Program-made: the position numbers and the translations under genes | Part shown: piece by piece, positions 26,095 to 34,421 of the stretch | Numbering within the stretch: the stretch's first letter is position 1 | How the letters are laid out: each line of letters starts with the position of its first letter | IMG/VR virus record: IMGVR_UViG_3300036942_000109 | Coordinates: 1 to 36,063 of that record | DNA: 36,063 nt | From: a virus | Lineage: Duplodnaviria; Caudoviricetes | Strand: one strand, 5' to 3' | Notes under the pieces: model-generated | Told to the model about the DNA's origin: nothing | The model's database searches: none | Seen by the model: the letters and a program-made list of their open reading frames with translations, nothing else

Positions 26095-27800
26095 ATAAAC
26101 CCTTCGGTATAATTTATTTTTTTATTTGATTCAGATTGTGCATAATTAGAATCAAATATCCTCTTTGTTTTCTTGCAAAATTCTGTTTCAAAATCAAGTA
26201 AAATTCCATAAAATCTATTTTTAGATATATGTATTTTACCTTTCTCAACTAAAAGCACTGTATCAGATATGTCACTAACTATACCAGAACCTTTTATTTT
26301 ATCTTTGCTAGGTTTTCCTTCGCTTTTAATCAGGTGGTTAACAACTAATATACATATGTTATATTCTTTAGCTAGTTCCTTGAGTTCAACTACAAACTCT
26401 CCTAGCAATTCGTGTTTTTGTCTATCTCCTAAGAAGTTTATAGTGCTTAGATTATCCAATACAAATAAGAAACAATTATTTTTTTTGTAAGCGTTCTTTA
26501 TAGAATTTATAATGTCCTTAGGGTCGCTTTTTTTCTTAGATGTATTTACAAACAATTTTCCTTTAATCCAATTGTTTATTTGATTGTATTTGTCGTCTGA
26601 AACATAGTAATCCACAACACCTATCATCTCGTCTTTTCTAGTTTCTATACCTTCCCCACAACTAGCTTGTAACATTAACCAATCTTTCCACATTTCCTCG
26701 CCCAATTCACCATTATAAACAAATGTGTTTTTATTTTGTTCTAGTGCATTAAGTATTATTTGTGATACAAGAGTAGTTTTACCGCTTCCGTTCTCTCCTG
26801 CAACTACTATTAACTCTGTTTCTTTTAGACCTCTTATACAATAATCTAACGTAGTTACTCCTGTTTTAAATCTCTCTATATCGTTTATATTGAATCTACC
26901 TATATCAGTTATATCTCTAATTCCTTCTGATTTCAATTCTGACGCATTTTCTAGTATTTCTGTGAGTGTTATTACCCCTTGATTTATTAAAACGTCATTA
27001 GCGTCTTTATATCCTGTATTGAAGTTTACATATTTTATGCTTTTGCATTCTATCTTTTCCACGGCTTTTTTAGTAGCTTTTTTACCTGCGTCGTCGCCAT
27101 CGAAACACAAGATTATGTTTTTATTTTTAAGCCAATCTTGATTGTATTCTATCCAATCAAAGTTAGAGGTACCGCTTGGTACTGTAACAGAATTTTTATA
27201 TCCAAGTTCTTTTAATGTCATCCAGTCAAACTCGCCTTCAGTTATATAAACAGTGTCTTCTTTGTTGTCTATCAAATCCCAACCTATAAGACATAATTTA
27301 GACCCTCTTTCCGCCCAAATTTTTTTATCTGTTGTTCTGTATTTTATACCAACTATATTAGCCTTACCATTTTTACCTTCTTCATCTGGCTTTTCTTCTA
27401 AACCTTCTGTTATGAAAAAAGTCATCGCTTTATTTTTTTTGCTCCAAAGTACCCTGCACTCTATAAGCGTTTCTTTGCTTATCCCTCTTTTTTCTGCGTA
27501 ATCAAGCATTGTTTTACTTTTGAAAGTAAAATCATTTTCGTTTATTTTTACTATATTTGTTTTATTTTCTTTTTTTCTTTCTTCTAATTTTAGTTTGACT
27601 CCAAATTTTTCTTCTAATCTTACAAATTCTCCACCAGCATTACAACTACCACTAAAACATTTATATTTACCTGTAACTGAATTCAAATAGAACTTCCATT
27701 TGTCTCTGCCACAGAAAGGACAAGTTTTTATATTTAGTTCCTCTCCTCTCTGTTTGTATTCGCCTAGATGTTTTTCTGCTAATTCTATTACTGTCATCAT
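26067..27800 (-). CDS. Fused primase-helicase (T7 gp4/Twinkle architecture)
   Basis: Zn finger CPFC...C...C; TOPRIM TEGEFD and DGDDAG; helicase Walker A GENGSGKTT and VLDNL. Confidence 0.93.
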   Translation of the reverse strand: MMTVIELAEKHLGEYKQRGEELNIKTCPFCGRDKWKFYLNSVTGKYKCFSGSCNAGGEFVRLEEKFGVKLKLEERKKENKTNIVKINENDFTFKSKTMLDYAEKRGISKETLIECRVLWSKKNKAMTFFITEGLEEKPDEEGKNGKANIVGIKYRTTDKKIWAERGSKLCLIGWDLIDNKEDTVYITEGEFDWMTLKELGYKNSVTVPSGTSNFDWIEYNQDWLKNKNIILCFDGDDAGKKATKKAVEKIECKSIKYVNFNTGYKDANDVLINQGVITLTEILENASELKSEGIRDITDIGRFNINDIERFKTGVTTLDYCIRGLKETELIVVAGENGSGKTTLVSQIILNALEQNKNTFVYNGELGEEMWKDWLMLQASCGEGIETRKDEMIGVVDYYVSDDKYNQINNWIKGKLFVNTSKKKSDPKDIINSIKNAYKKNNCFLFVLDNLSTINFLGDRQKHELLGEFVVELKELAKEYNICILVVNHLIKSEGKPSKDKIKGSGIVSDISDTVLLVEKGKIHISKNRFYGILLDFETEFCKKTKRIFDSNYAQSESNKKINYTEGFIWIEEELPF

Positions 27801-27801
27801 A

Positions 27802-28485
27802 TCACTCCCATATTTCTATTTCTTCCATTATGTTTATTTTTTTATCTTCTTTTATTTTTACTATCTTTTCATAACTGTTATGTTTTTCTATATCTTTTTT
27901 TATCCAGTTTTGTATAGCCAGATTATAATTACTGTACTTTTTATTTTTCTTGTTCTCCCAATCTTTTATTTTTTCTATGTATATTTCTATATCAACATCA
28001 GGAAATTTAGAATTTAAATTTTCTATTTGTTCTGGTGTTAATAAGTTTTTATTTTTTTCTATTTCTATCTCTATTTCTTTCTCTTTATCTTTATCTAACT
28101 CTTTCTCTGTTGTATTATTAACTGTATTATTAATTGTATTATTAACTGTATTACTCTCTATAAACTTTTCTTGCATAGGGTCTTTAACATTCCTTATATA
28201 CCCTCTATAACAAACCTTTAATACCCTCTTTAATATTTGTTTGGTACCCTCTTTATAGATTATTGTAGAGGTTATATATTTTTTTTTAACCAAACTATTT
28301 ATAACTATACTGACTCTAGTTTTGCTTAAACCAAAAAATTTAGAAAAATATTCATTCCCAGCATAACAACCTTGTTCGTTGTCTAAGCTGTCTATCTCAA
28401 CTAAAAAAACTTTTTCTTGTAATGTTAATTCTTCAGAAAGCCATATATCTTTAGGTATCCAAATACCTTTAAAATCTCTTTCCAC
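27802..28485 (-). CDS. Phage replication initiator/replisome organiser (N-terminal winged HTH)
   Basis: FKGIWIPKDIW...EKVFLVEIDSLDNEQGCYAGNEYFSKFFGLSKTRVS; C-terminal KKYSNYNLAIQNW. Confidence 0.8.
   Translation of the reverse strand: MERDFKGIWIPKDIWLSEELTLQEKVFLVEIDSLDNEQGCYAGNEYFSKFFGLSKTRVSIVINSLVKKKYITSTIIYKEGTKQILKRVLKVCYRGYIRNVKDPMQEKFIESNTVNNTINNTVNNTTEKELDKDKEKEIEIEIEKNKNLLTPEQIENLNSKFPDVDIEIYIEKIKDWENKKNKKYSNYNLAIQNWIKKDIEKHNSYEKIVKIKEDKKINIMEEIEIWE
28111..28155. repeat. 12-bp tandem repeat (TGTATTATTAAC, about 3.7 copies) inside the initiator; possible lytic origin
   Basis: Units start at 28111, 28123, 28135 and 28147. Confidence 0.65.
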
Positions 28486-28634
28486 TATTCCACCACCTCA
28501 ACAGTAATTTTTTTTCCTTTTACAATCCAGTTTATACCCTTAGCTTTTGGGTATTTTTCTAAAACAAACTTTGGAACGGTTGCTTGTTTTGAATTGTTAC
28601 CAACATTTCTAAGAGTAGTCATTTTTTCTTTCAT
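28485..28634 (-). CDS. 49-aa AbrB/SpoVT-like protein (not in ORF track)
   Basis: MKEKMTTLRNVGNNSKQATVPKFVLEK...INWIVKGKKITVEVVE; AGGAGG RBS. Confidence 0.7.
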   Translation of the reverse strand: MKEKMTTLRNVGNNSKQATVPKFVLEKYPKAKGINWIVKGKKITVEVVE

Positions 28635-28662
28635 TTATAACCTCCTTTCTGTAGCTACTTAG

Positions 28663-28691
28663 ATTATATAATTAATAGCTACTCTTGTCAA
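28663..28691 (-). promoter_or_regulatory. Perfect-consensus promoter of the replication operon
   Basis: TTGACA-17-TATAAT; AGTAGCTA occurs in the spacer and again just downstream of the -10. Confidence 0.85.
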
Positions 28692-28713
28692 TACTTTAAT
28701 TTATTTTTTTATG

Positions 28714-28738
28714 AAAAAAGCAGAAATTAATCTGCTTT
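28714..28738 (-). terminator. Intrinsic terminator
   Basis: AAAGCAGA/TCTGCTTT stem plus T-run. Confidence 0.7.
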
Positions 28739-28861
28739 ATCCAACTTTTTGCTTAATTCATCTAACAACTTCCTTATTTCTTCTATTCTTTCTTTCCCGA
28801 ACTCGTCAGTAGAATAATATAAAGCTTTAAGATGTTCTCTTATATAATGTATTTCTATCAT
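28727..28861 (-). CDS. 44-aa hypothetical protein (not in ORF track)
   Basis: MIEIHYIREHLKAL...; AGGAGG RBS. Confidence 0.6.
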   Translation of the reverse strand: MIEIHYIREHLKALYYSTDEFGKERIEEIRKLLDELSKKLDKAD

Positions 28862-28955
28862 AATCCCTCCTAATTTCAATTTTAACGCATTCTAACCCTC
28901 TACCCTAACAAATAGTCGAAAAAAGATTTGGAATGCGTCTATGGACGTTTTAAGG

Positions 28956-29192
28956 CTATTCTTGACTGTTCAAAATAGCTTGCGATACTTTTTTACAAAA
29001 CACATCAAAATCTTTTTCAATTATTTCAATATCTTCTTTTCCTAAAACCCCGAAACAATATACACCTCTGCCAAAACATGAATCTTTAAATATATAAATT
29101 TTTTTAAGCCCAGACATTAAGATAGATTTTTCAAGACTAAATCCCTCATCCAGGGCAGATTTCCACTCTGGTAGCTTATTGATATCAAACAT
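28956..29192 (-). CDS. Hypothetical protein
   Basis: Directly follows the HTH gene; AGGAGG RBS. Confidence 0.65.
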   Translation of the reverse strand: MFDINKLPEWKSALDEGFSLEKSILMSGLKKIYIFKDSCFGRGVYCFGVLGKEDIEIIEKDFDVFCKKVSQAILNSQE

Positions 29193-29193
29193 A

Positions 29194-29388
29194 TTAATCC
29201 TCCTTTTTTCTTATCAAAAATTCATATCCCAACAGTCCTAAAACTTCTTGAGCTGTATTAAATTTCATATCCTCTTTGTTTACCCAATTTGATACCGTTT
29301 GTTTTGTCACACCAAATTTGCTAGCTATCCAATCTTGTTTTACACCTTCTTTTAGTATCAATTCTTTTATTTCTTTATTTATATTCAT
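29194..29388 (-). CDS. XRE/Cro-type HTH regulator, 64 aa
   Basis: VKQDWIASKFGVTKQTVSNWV helix-turn-helix; sits at the divergence point. Confidence 0.85.
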   Translation of the reverse strand: MNINKEIKELILKEGVKQDWIASKFGVTKQTVSNWVNKEDMKFNTAQEVLGLLGYEFLIRKKED

Positions 29389-29406
29389 AATCCCTCCCTT
29401 TTCAAA

Positions 29407-29435
29407 AGTATAACATTTTTTTTTAAAAAAATCAA
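29407..29435 (-). promoter_or_regulatory. Leftward promoter of the divergent switch
   Basis: TTGATT-17-TATACT with extended -10. Confidence 0.75.
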
Positions 29436-29443
29436 ACTTTTTC

Positions 29444-29472
29444 TTGACATAAACTATTTTTTACTGTAAACT
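29444..29472 (+). promoter_or_regulatory. Rightward early promoter
   Basis: TTGACA-17-TAAACT. Confidence 0.75.
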
Positions 29473-29570
29473 GTACATAAGATGAGGCTTTAGCAGATGT
29501 TAAAGCAAGTCACTAAGTAGATGTGGCGAACTAGGACTGATAAAAATAAAAATATGGAGGATTGAGAAAA

Positions 29571-29825
29571 ATGAAAATTATAATTGATTTGCTTGAACTC
29601 CCAGACTGGGATATACAGCAAAGATTAAATAGCTCGGCTGATTTAGTGTGCGACCAGCAACACGTAAAAAATCTTGTTGCTCAAGAAATAATGGACGGCG
29701 ACTACTTAGATGTTTTCTTTGAACTTGAATTCGAATTCTCATATGACGGTTGGTTTATAGACAACTGTGAGAATAACAAGTTTATCGAACTTAACGGAAA
29801 ATACATATTTAGGCTTGACAGATAG
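29571..29825 (+). CDS. Acidic hypothetical protein, first gene of the rightward operon
   Basis: GGAGG RBS, ATG at 29571; D/E-rich. Confidence 0.7.
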   Translation: MKIIIDLLELPDWDIQQRLNSSADLVCDQQHVKNLVAQEIMDGDYLDVFFELEFEFSYDGWFIDNCENNKFIELNGKYIFRLDR

Positions 29826-29847
29826 TCGAGCCGAAGGAGGATTGATT

Positions 29848-30420
29848 ATGAATATATATGAGAAATTATCAATTGCAAGAGTTCAGTTACAAGAAGCTGA
29901 ACTAAAAAAAACAGGAGAAAATAAATTTGCTAAGTTCAAATATTATGAACTGGCAGATATACTTCCTGCGATAAACAGCATAAACAAAGAACTTAAATTA
30001 ATATCTTTGTTTGAGTTTGATAGCGAAAATGCAACGCTAAAATTAATTAATTGTGAGAGATCGGACGAGGTAATTTCTTTTGAAATACCAAATGTTCCAG
30101 CTCAAATGAAAGGGGCTAATCCTATTCAAGAGTTAGGAGCTACTTCAACTTACTTGAGAAGATATCTATATTTAAACGCTTATGAGATACAAGAAGCTGA
30201 TGTAGTAGATAGCTTAGACAAAGACAAACACGACACTGCAAAACGTCCAAAAACTCAAAACAAAATATTCGACAAGGACAAAGCTATAAAAGCCTGCCTT
30301 GACATCATAGGCGACGATATGGACAGGCTAGATAAGATTACTTCGCACTACAAAGTTGAAGGATTAATGCAGATGTCTGAAGCTCAACTGAAAGACTGTT
30401 ATAAAAATTTGAGGAAGTGA
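29848..30420 (+). CDS. ERF-family single-strand annealing protein
   Basis: MNIYEKL...KKTGENKFAKFKYYELADI...GATSTYLRRY. Confidence 0.88.
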   Translation: MNIYEKLSIARVQLQEAELKKTGENKFAKFKYYELADILPAINSINKELKLISLFEFDSENATLKLINCERSDEVISFEIPNVPAQMKGANPIQELGATSTYLRRYLYLNAYEIQEADVVDSLDKDKHDTAKRPKTQNKIFDKDKAIKACLDIIGDDMDRLDKITSHYKVEGLMQMSEAQLKDCYKNLRK

Positions 30421-30499
30421 TTTTATGAGAAAAGACTATAACAAAGCAAGGACGGATATATACAATCTGCCCTTGCACAAAATAACAGGAGGAATTTAA

Positions 30500-31003
30500 A
30501 TGAAAATGTATGAAATGATTGAAACTAGAAAAGAAATATTGTATCTAATTGACAAAGAAGAACTAGAAGAACAAGACTTAAAAGACTTAGATGAATTTAT
30601 TTTGTCTGAATTACAAGAGAAAGGCAAAGGACTAATATTTGTTAACTCCGAGTTTGAAACAGAACTTGAAAAGATAAAAAGACTTGAAAATATGCTTAAA
30701 GACAGAAAGAAAGTCATTTCTAATAATCAAAGCAGATTCAAAGAAAAGATAAAATACACTATGCAAGAACTGGAAATAAAATCTGTGAAAACAGAGCTTG
30801 GGAATATAACTCTAAGAAAAGGTGTCGAAAGCTTAATAGTGGAAGACAATGCTAAAGTTCCTTCTGAATTTGAAATAGTAAAAGTAGAAATAGATAAAAA
30901 ACAACTAAAAGACGCTGTAAAAAAAGGTCTTGAAGTTGATGGAGTGTATCTGAAGGTTGGGGACAATTCAGTAGTTATGCCTAAGGGGGTAAAAAATGAA
31001 TAG
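30500..31003 (+). CDS. Siphovirus Gp157-like protein
   Basis: MKMYEM, coiled coil, VPSEF...IDKKQLKDAVKKGLEVDGV. Confidence 0.8.
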   Translation: MKMYEMIETRKEILYLIDKEELEEQDLKDLDEFILSELQEKGKGLIFVNSEFETELEKIKRLENMLKDRKKVISNNQSRFKEKIKYTMQELEIKSVKTELGNITLRKGVESLIVEDNAKVPSEFEIVKVEIDKKQLKDAVKKGLEVDGVYLKVGDNSVVMPKGVKNE

Positions 31004-31364
31004 TGTAATCTTAACAGGGAATCTCACAAAAGACCCAGAACTTAAATATGGAGCTAGTGGTGGAGCGTATACACGTTTCACTCTAGCTGTATCAAGAGAG
31101 TTTAAAAAGGGCGAAACAGACTTTATAAGTTGCACGGCTTTTGGAAAGACCGCAGAGCTTATAGGAGAGTATCTAAGAAAAGGAAGTAAGTGTGGAGTTC
31201 AAGGAAGGCTACAACAGGACAGCTACGAAAAAGACGGACAAAAGGTTAGCAAAACAGGTGTAATTGTTGACAGAATAGAGTTCTTAAGTTCAAAGCAAGA
31301 GCAAGAAATAAAATTTAGCAAGATAGATAGAGAAGATGATTTTGAGGACGAATTCCCTTTTTGA
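30996..31364 (+). CDS. ssb: Single-stranded DNA-binding protein
   Basis: MNSVILTGNLTKDPELKY...TDFISCTAFGKTAE; acidic tail DEFPF. Confidence 0.95.
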   Translation: MNSVILTGNLTKDPELKYGASGGAYTRFTLAVSREFKKGETDFISCTAFGKTAELIGEYLRKGSKCGVQGRLQQDSYEKDGQKVSKTGVIVDRIEFLSSKQEQEIKFSKIDREDDFEDEFPF

Positions 31365-31389
31365 CAAAATAAAAATTTAGGAGGTATAA

Positions 31390-32325
31390 ATGAACAAAAA
31401 TAAAGTACTTGTCCTAGGAACAGGGCAAGCTGGAGGAAACATTGCAGAAGAAATGGCAGGGCTAGGGTATGAAACTCTAGCTTTCAATACTGCAAATAGT
31501 GACTTAGACAAGTTAGAAAAAGTTGTTAATAAGATTGTTATAGGAAATACAGAAGGGAGTGGAAAAAACAGAAATCTCTCAAAAGATAATTTTTCAAAAG
31601 AAAGAAACAAGGTAAGAGAAGCCTTACAAAGTTGTTTCAAGAATAGCAAGATTGAGCTTGTTATAATCCCGTTTGGAGCAGGAGGTGGAACTGGTAGTGG
31701 TTCTGCTCTGCTTCTGGCTGATGAGGTTAGAAGCTTGGGGAAAAAGGCGTGGTTAGCACCTATTATGTATTATGAGAACGAGGGGAATATAACCAAACTA
31801 AACTCTACTTCATTTATAAGGGATTTTGAAAAGGTAAAAGATGTTTATCCTTGCTTCATATTCAACAACACTTCCGATACTCAATCTATTAACAAATACA
31901 TAGCTACAGCTTTTGACGAGCTAATTAATGAAGGTGGAAGTTGTGAAACTGTATTCGATTTCAGGGATTTGATGAACACAGTTAGAGCTGGATATAACTA
32001 TCTAGGTCGTGGAATGGGTAATCAAATCAAAGTACACGCTGATATATTAGATAATAGCCAATCAAAGTATGCGACTCTTATAAAATCTAACAAGGTTAAG
32101 GAAGATGGCTACAACATCTTGAACACGCTTAACTTTGGTAACGTAGATAGAAATTATTATCAAATAATAGCAGAACAAGAGAAATGGTTACTTTTATTAG
32201 GGGGAATGTATCTTAATAATGAAGTTGTAAAAGAGTTGCAGGCAGAAGCTCAAAAGACAATATCAGAAATCAAGAAAAAAGATGAAGTTGTTAATCTTGA
32301 TTTAGATACAGACGGAATATTTTAG
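31390..32325 (+). CDS. Tubulin/FtsZ-superfamily GTPase (TubZ/PhuZ-like)
   Basis: GTGQAGGNI, FNTANSD, EGSGKNR, signature GAGGGTGSG, T7-loop FDFRDL. Confidence 0.92.
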   Translation: MNKNKVLVLGTGQAGGNIAEEMAGLGYETLAFNTANSDLDKLEKVVNKIVIGNTEGSGKNRNLSKDNFSKERNKVREALQSCFKNSKIELVIIPFGAGGGTGSGSALLLADEVRSLGKKAWLAPIMYYENEGNITKLNSTSFIRDFEKVKDVYPCFIFNNTSDTQSINKYIATAFDELINEGGSCETVFDFRDLMNTVRAGYNYLGRGMGNQIKVHADILDNSQSKYATLIKSNKVKEDGYNILNTLNFGNVDRNYYQIIAEQEKWLLLLGGMYLNNEVVKELQAEAQKTISEIKKKDEVVNLDLDTDGIF

Positions 32326-32342
32326 GGGCTATATGCCCCTTT
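32324..32342 (+). terminator. Hairpin/terminator after the tubulin gene
   Basis: AGGGGC/GCCCCT stem with a short T-run. Confidence 0.55.
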
Positions 32343-32564
32343 GAATTATAAGGAGTGATGACTTATGAAAGAAAAAGAAATAATGCTTGTGTGTAAAGAG
32401 TATGGTTGCACGCAAGAAGGATTAAAAAACTTAAAATTTGTAATGTTCCTGACAAGGATTTTGATTTCATTAGCTTGGCAGGATACTCCAATCCAAACTA
32501 CTGTATTGGTTGGAGAGGAATGCCTATCTCTGCCTCAAACTTCCTTTTTTAATTTTTTAAACTC

Positions 32565-32593
32565 TTGACTTATTCACTAAAATATGCTATAAT
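32565..32593 (+). promoter_or_regulatory. tnpB promoter
   Basis: TTGACT-17-TATAAT with extended -10. Confidence 0.8.
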
Positions 32594-32623
32594 ATATTAT
32601 AGTGAAGAAGTGAGGTGATATTA

Positions 32624-33745
32624 ATGTTAAGTACAATTACTGCAAAAATTAAAATTATGCCTACTGATATTCAATCTGAACACTTAAAAAATACTATGAG
32701 TAAATATGTAAAAGGTTGTAATTTTGTTTCTGAATATATTTTTGATTCTCAAGATTTGAATCAAAGTAGTGTACACAAACACTCTTACAATGAATTAAGA
32801 AATAACTTTAGTTTGAAATCTCAAATGGCTTGTTCTGTTGTTAAAACAGTTATAGCAAGATATAAATCAGCAAAATCAAATGGTCACAAATTTAGCTTGA
32901 TTAATTTTAAAAAACCAGAATATGACCTTGTTTGGAATAGAGACTATTCTTTAAACATTGAAAAACAAGTATTTTCTGTCAATTCTGTTGACGGAAGATT
33001 AAAAATACCTTTTGAAATCAAATCTATGGAAAAATACTTTGATAAAACTTGGGTATTTGGTACCGCTAAATTAGTATACAAATTCGACAAATTCTTTTTG
33101 CATATCCCTATGACAAAAGAGATGCCCGACTTTGATTATACAACCTGTAACAAAGTTGTAGGTATTGATTTAGGTATTAATTTTTTAGCAACCACTTATG
33201 ATTCTGAAGGTAAAACTGACTTTTTTAATGGTAGACAAATTAAGAATAAACGAGGTCAATTTTCTAAAATCAGAAAAGAATTACAACAGGTTAAAACACC
33301 TTCTTCAAGAAAAAGATTAAAAGCTATCGGTTCAAGAGAAAACCGTTGGGTAACGGATATAAATCATCAAGTTACAAAGGCACTCGTTGATAAATACGGT
33401 AGCAATACTCTTTTTGTTTTAGAAGACTTATCTAATGTTAGACAAGCTACTGAAAAAGTTAGAAAGAATAATCGTTATGTTTCTGTTTCTTGGAGTTTCT
33501 ATCAATTTAGACAAATGCTTGAATACAAAGCGAGTCTCGTTGGTTCTAAAGTGATTGTTGTTGACCCTAAATACACTTCTCAAACTTGTCCAAAATGTGG
33601 TCATGTAGAAAAGTCTAACAGAAACAAGAAAACTCATACTTTTAAATGCAAAACCTGTGGTTATACAAGTAATGATGACCGTATAGGTGCAATTAACCTT
33701 CAAGCTAAAGGTGTAAACTATATAGCTGAAGGATTATATCAGTAA
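32624..33745 (+). CDS. tnpB: RNA-guided endonuclease TnpB
   Basis: RuvC motifs GIDLG, VLEDL and NDDRIGAINL; Zn ribbon CPKC...CKTC; ATG at 32624 after GAGGTG. Confidence 0.95.
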   Translation: MLSTITAKIKIMPTDIQSEHLKNTMSKYVKGCNFVSEYIFDSQDLNQSSVHKHSYNELRNNFSLKSQMACSVVKTVIARYKSAKSNGHKFSLINFKKPEYDLVWNRDYSLNIEKQVFSVNSVDGRLKIPFEIKSMEKYFDKTWVFGTAKLVYKFDKFFLHIPMTKEMPDFDYTTCNKVVGIDLGINFLATTYDSEGKTDFFNGRQIKNKRGQFSKIRKELQQVKTPSSRKRLKAIGSRENRWVTDINHQVTKALVDKYGSNTLFVLEDLSNVRQATEKVRKNNRYVSVSWSFYQFRQMLEYKASLVGSKVIVVDPKYTSQTCPKCGHVEKSNRNKKTHTFKCKTCGYTSNDDRIGAINLQAKGVNYIAEGLYQ

Positions 33746-33906
33746 ACTGGTATAGTCAGGGTGTCGTCAGCCACCCTCTGATGTATCAACACGCTTTTAA
33801 GCGATAAAATGCAGGAGGCTTAAAGCCGTTCTTACTGCAAGGTTAGATACAAGCTCCTTCCTAATCTTTGATTTGGTGGGAGTAGTTGACTAGCTTTCTA
33901 ACTGTA
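33700..33906 (+). ncRNA. Predicted TnpB omega/reRNA (scaffold to 33890, guide from 33891); 5' end approximate
   Basis: Structured right end with multiple hairpins; established TnpB reRNA layout. Confidence 0.65.
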
Positions 33907-34037
33907 TTTTCGCAATATATATCAGAAAAGATTGATTTATGCGATAAATACTTGAGCAAGAAAGAAAAAAGATATTTAAAAATTTTCTCTGGGAAGCTTA
34001 ACAATCTTAGAGAAGAAATACTTGACGAGGTGAGGAT

Positions 34038-34421
34038 ATGAAGTCTACTATAGAATATTATGAAAAAAATCAAGATATATGCAAACATTATGAAATACAT
34101 AATCAAATCAAATATCTTGAGAATTTTGAGAAAAAAGAATTGAAAATAGCTGTGCTCAACTATCAAATGCACAAATCACAAAAAGAGATGTTCGGAGCTT
34201 CTAAATTTTGTGAGAAAAAAATATTAGATAATTTGATAGACGAGGTAGCAGACAATGTAGTTTTGTTGTCTCAAACAAGCGGACTATACTTTGATACACT
34301 GATATACAAAGTTATAAGAGAGAATGATTTAGACTTCTTATCAGAACACAAAGAAAAAATAGTTGAAAGAATTTTTTACAAAATAGATAGACAGCTAGAA
34401 AGGATATCAAATGAGTTATAA
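34038..34421 (+). CDS. MazG-like nucleotide pyrophosphohydrolase
   Basis: KELKIA...NLIDEVADNVVLLSQ...KIDRQLERI; first acidic motif is degenerate. Confidence 0.5.
   Translation: MKSTIEYYEKNQDICKHYEIHNQIKYLENFEKKELKIAVLNYQMHKSQKEMFGASKFCEKKILDNLIDEVADNVVLLSQTSGLYFDTLIYKVIRENDLDFLSEHKEKIVERIFYKIDRQLERISNEL

Larger units (their letters stand above)
32466..33890 (+). mobile_element. IS200/IS605-family tnpB-only (IS1341-type) element, 1,425 bp
   Basis: TTGAT immediately 5'; subterminal hairpins at 32486-32515 and 33854-33882; ends GTAGTTGAC; no target duplication; no tnpA. Confidence 0.9.
32365..34041 (+). pseudogene. 83-codon gene interrupted by the IS (32365-32465 plus 33891-34041)
   Basis: Joining TTGAT|TAGCTTT gives an open frame ...FLTRILISFLTVFSQY...EILDEVRI*, whose stop overlaps the next ATG. 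Confidence 0.85.

Noticed and set aside
2647-28210. Many plus-strand track ORFs (e.g. 2647-3033, 8267-8686, 11959-12351, 18115-18525, 23472-23927, 25088-25354)
   Set aside because: Shadow frames antisense to well-supported genes; Ser/Phe/Leu-rich and without an RBS.
32365-32568. 67-aa track ORF as an intact gene
   Set aside because: Its second half reads into the IS left end; the native frame resumes at 33891.
32466-33890. IStron (intron-IS hybrid)
   Set aside because: The left end is only about 160 bp and lacks group I core elements; the real intron is a separate locus.
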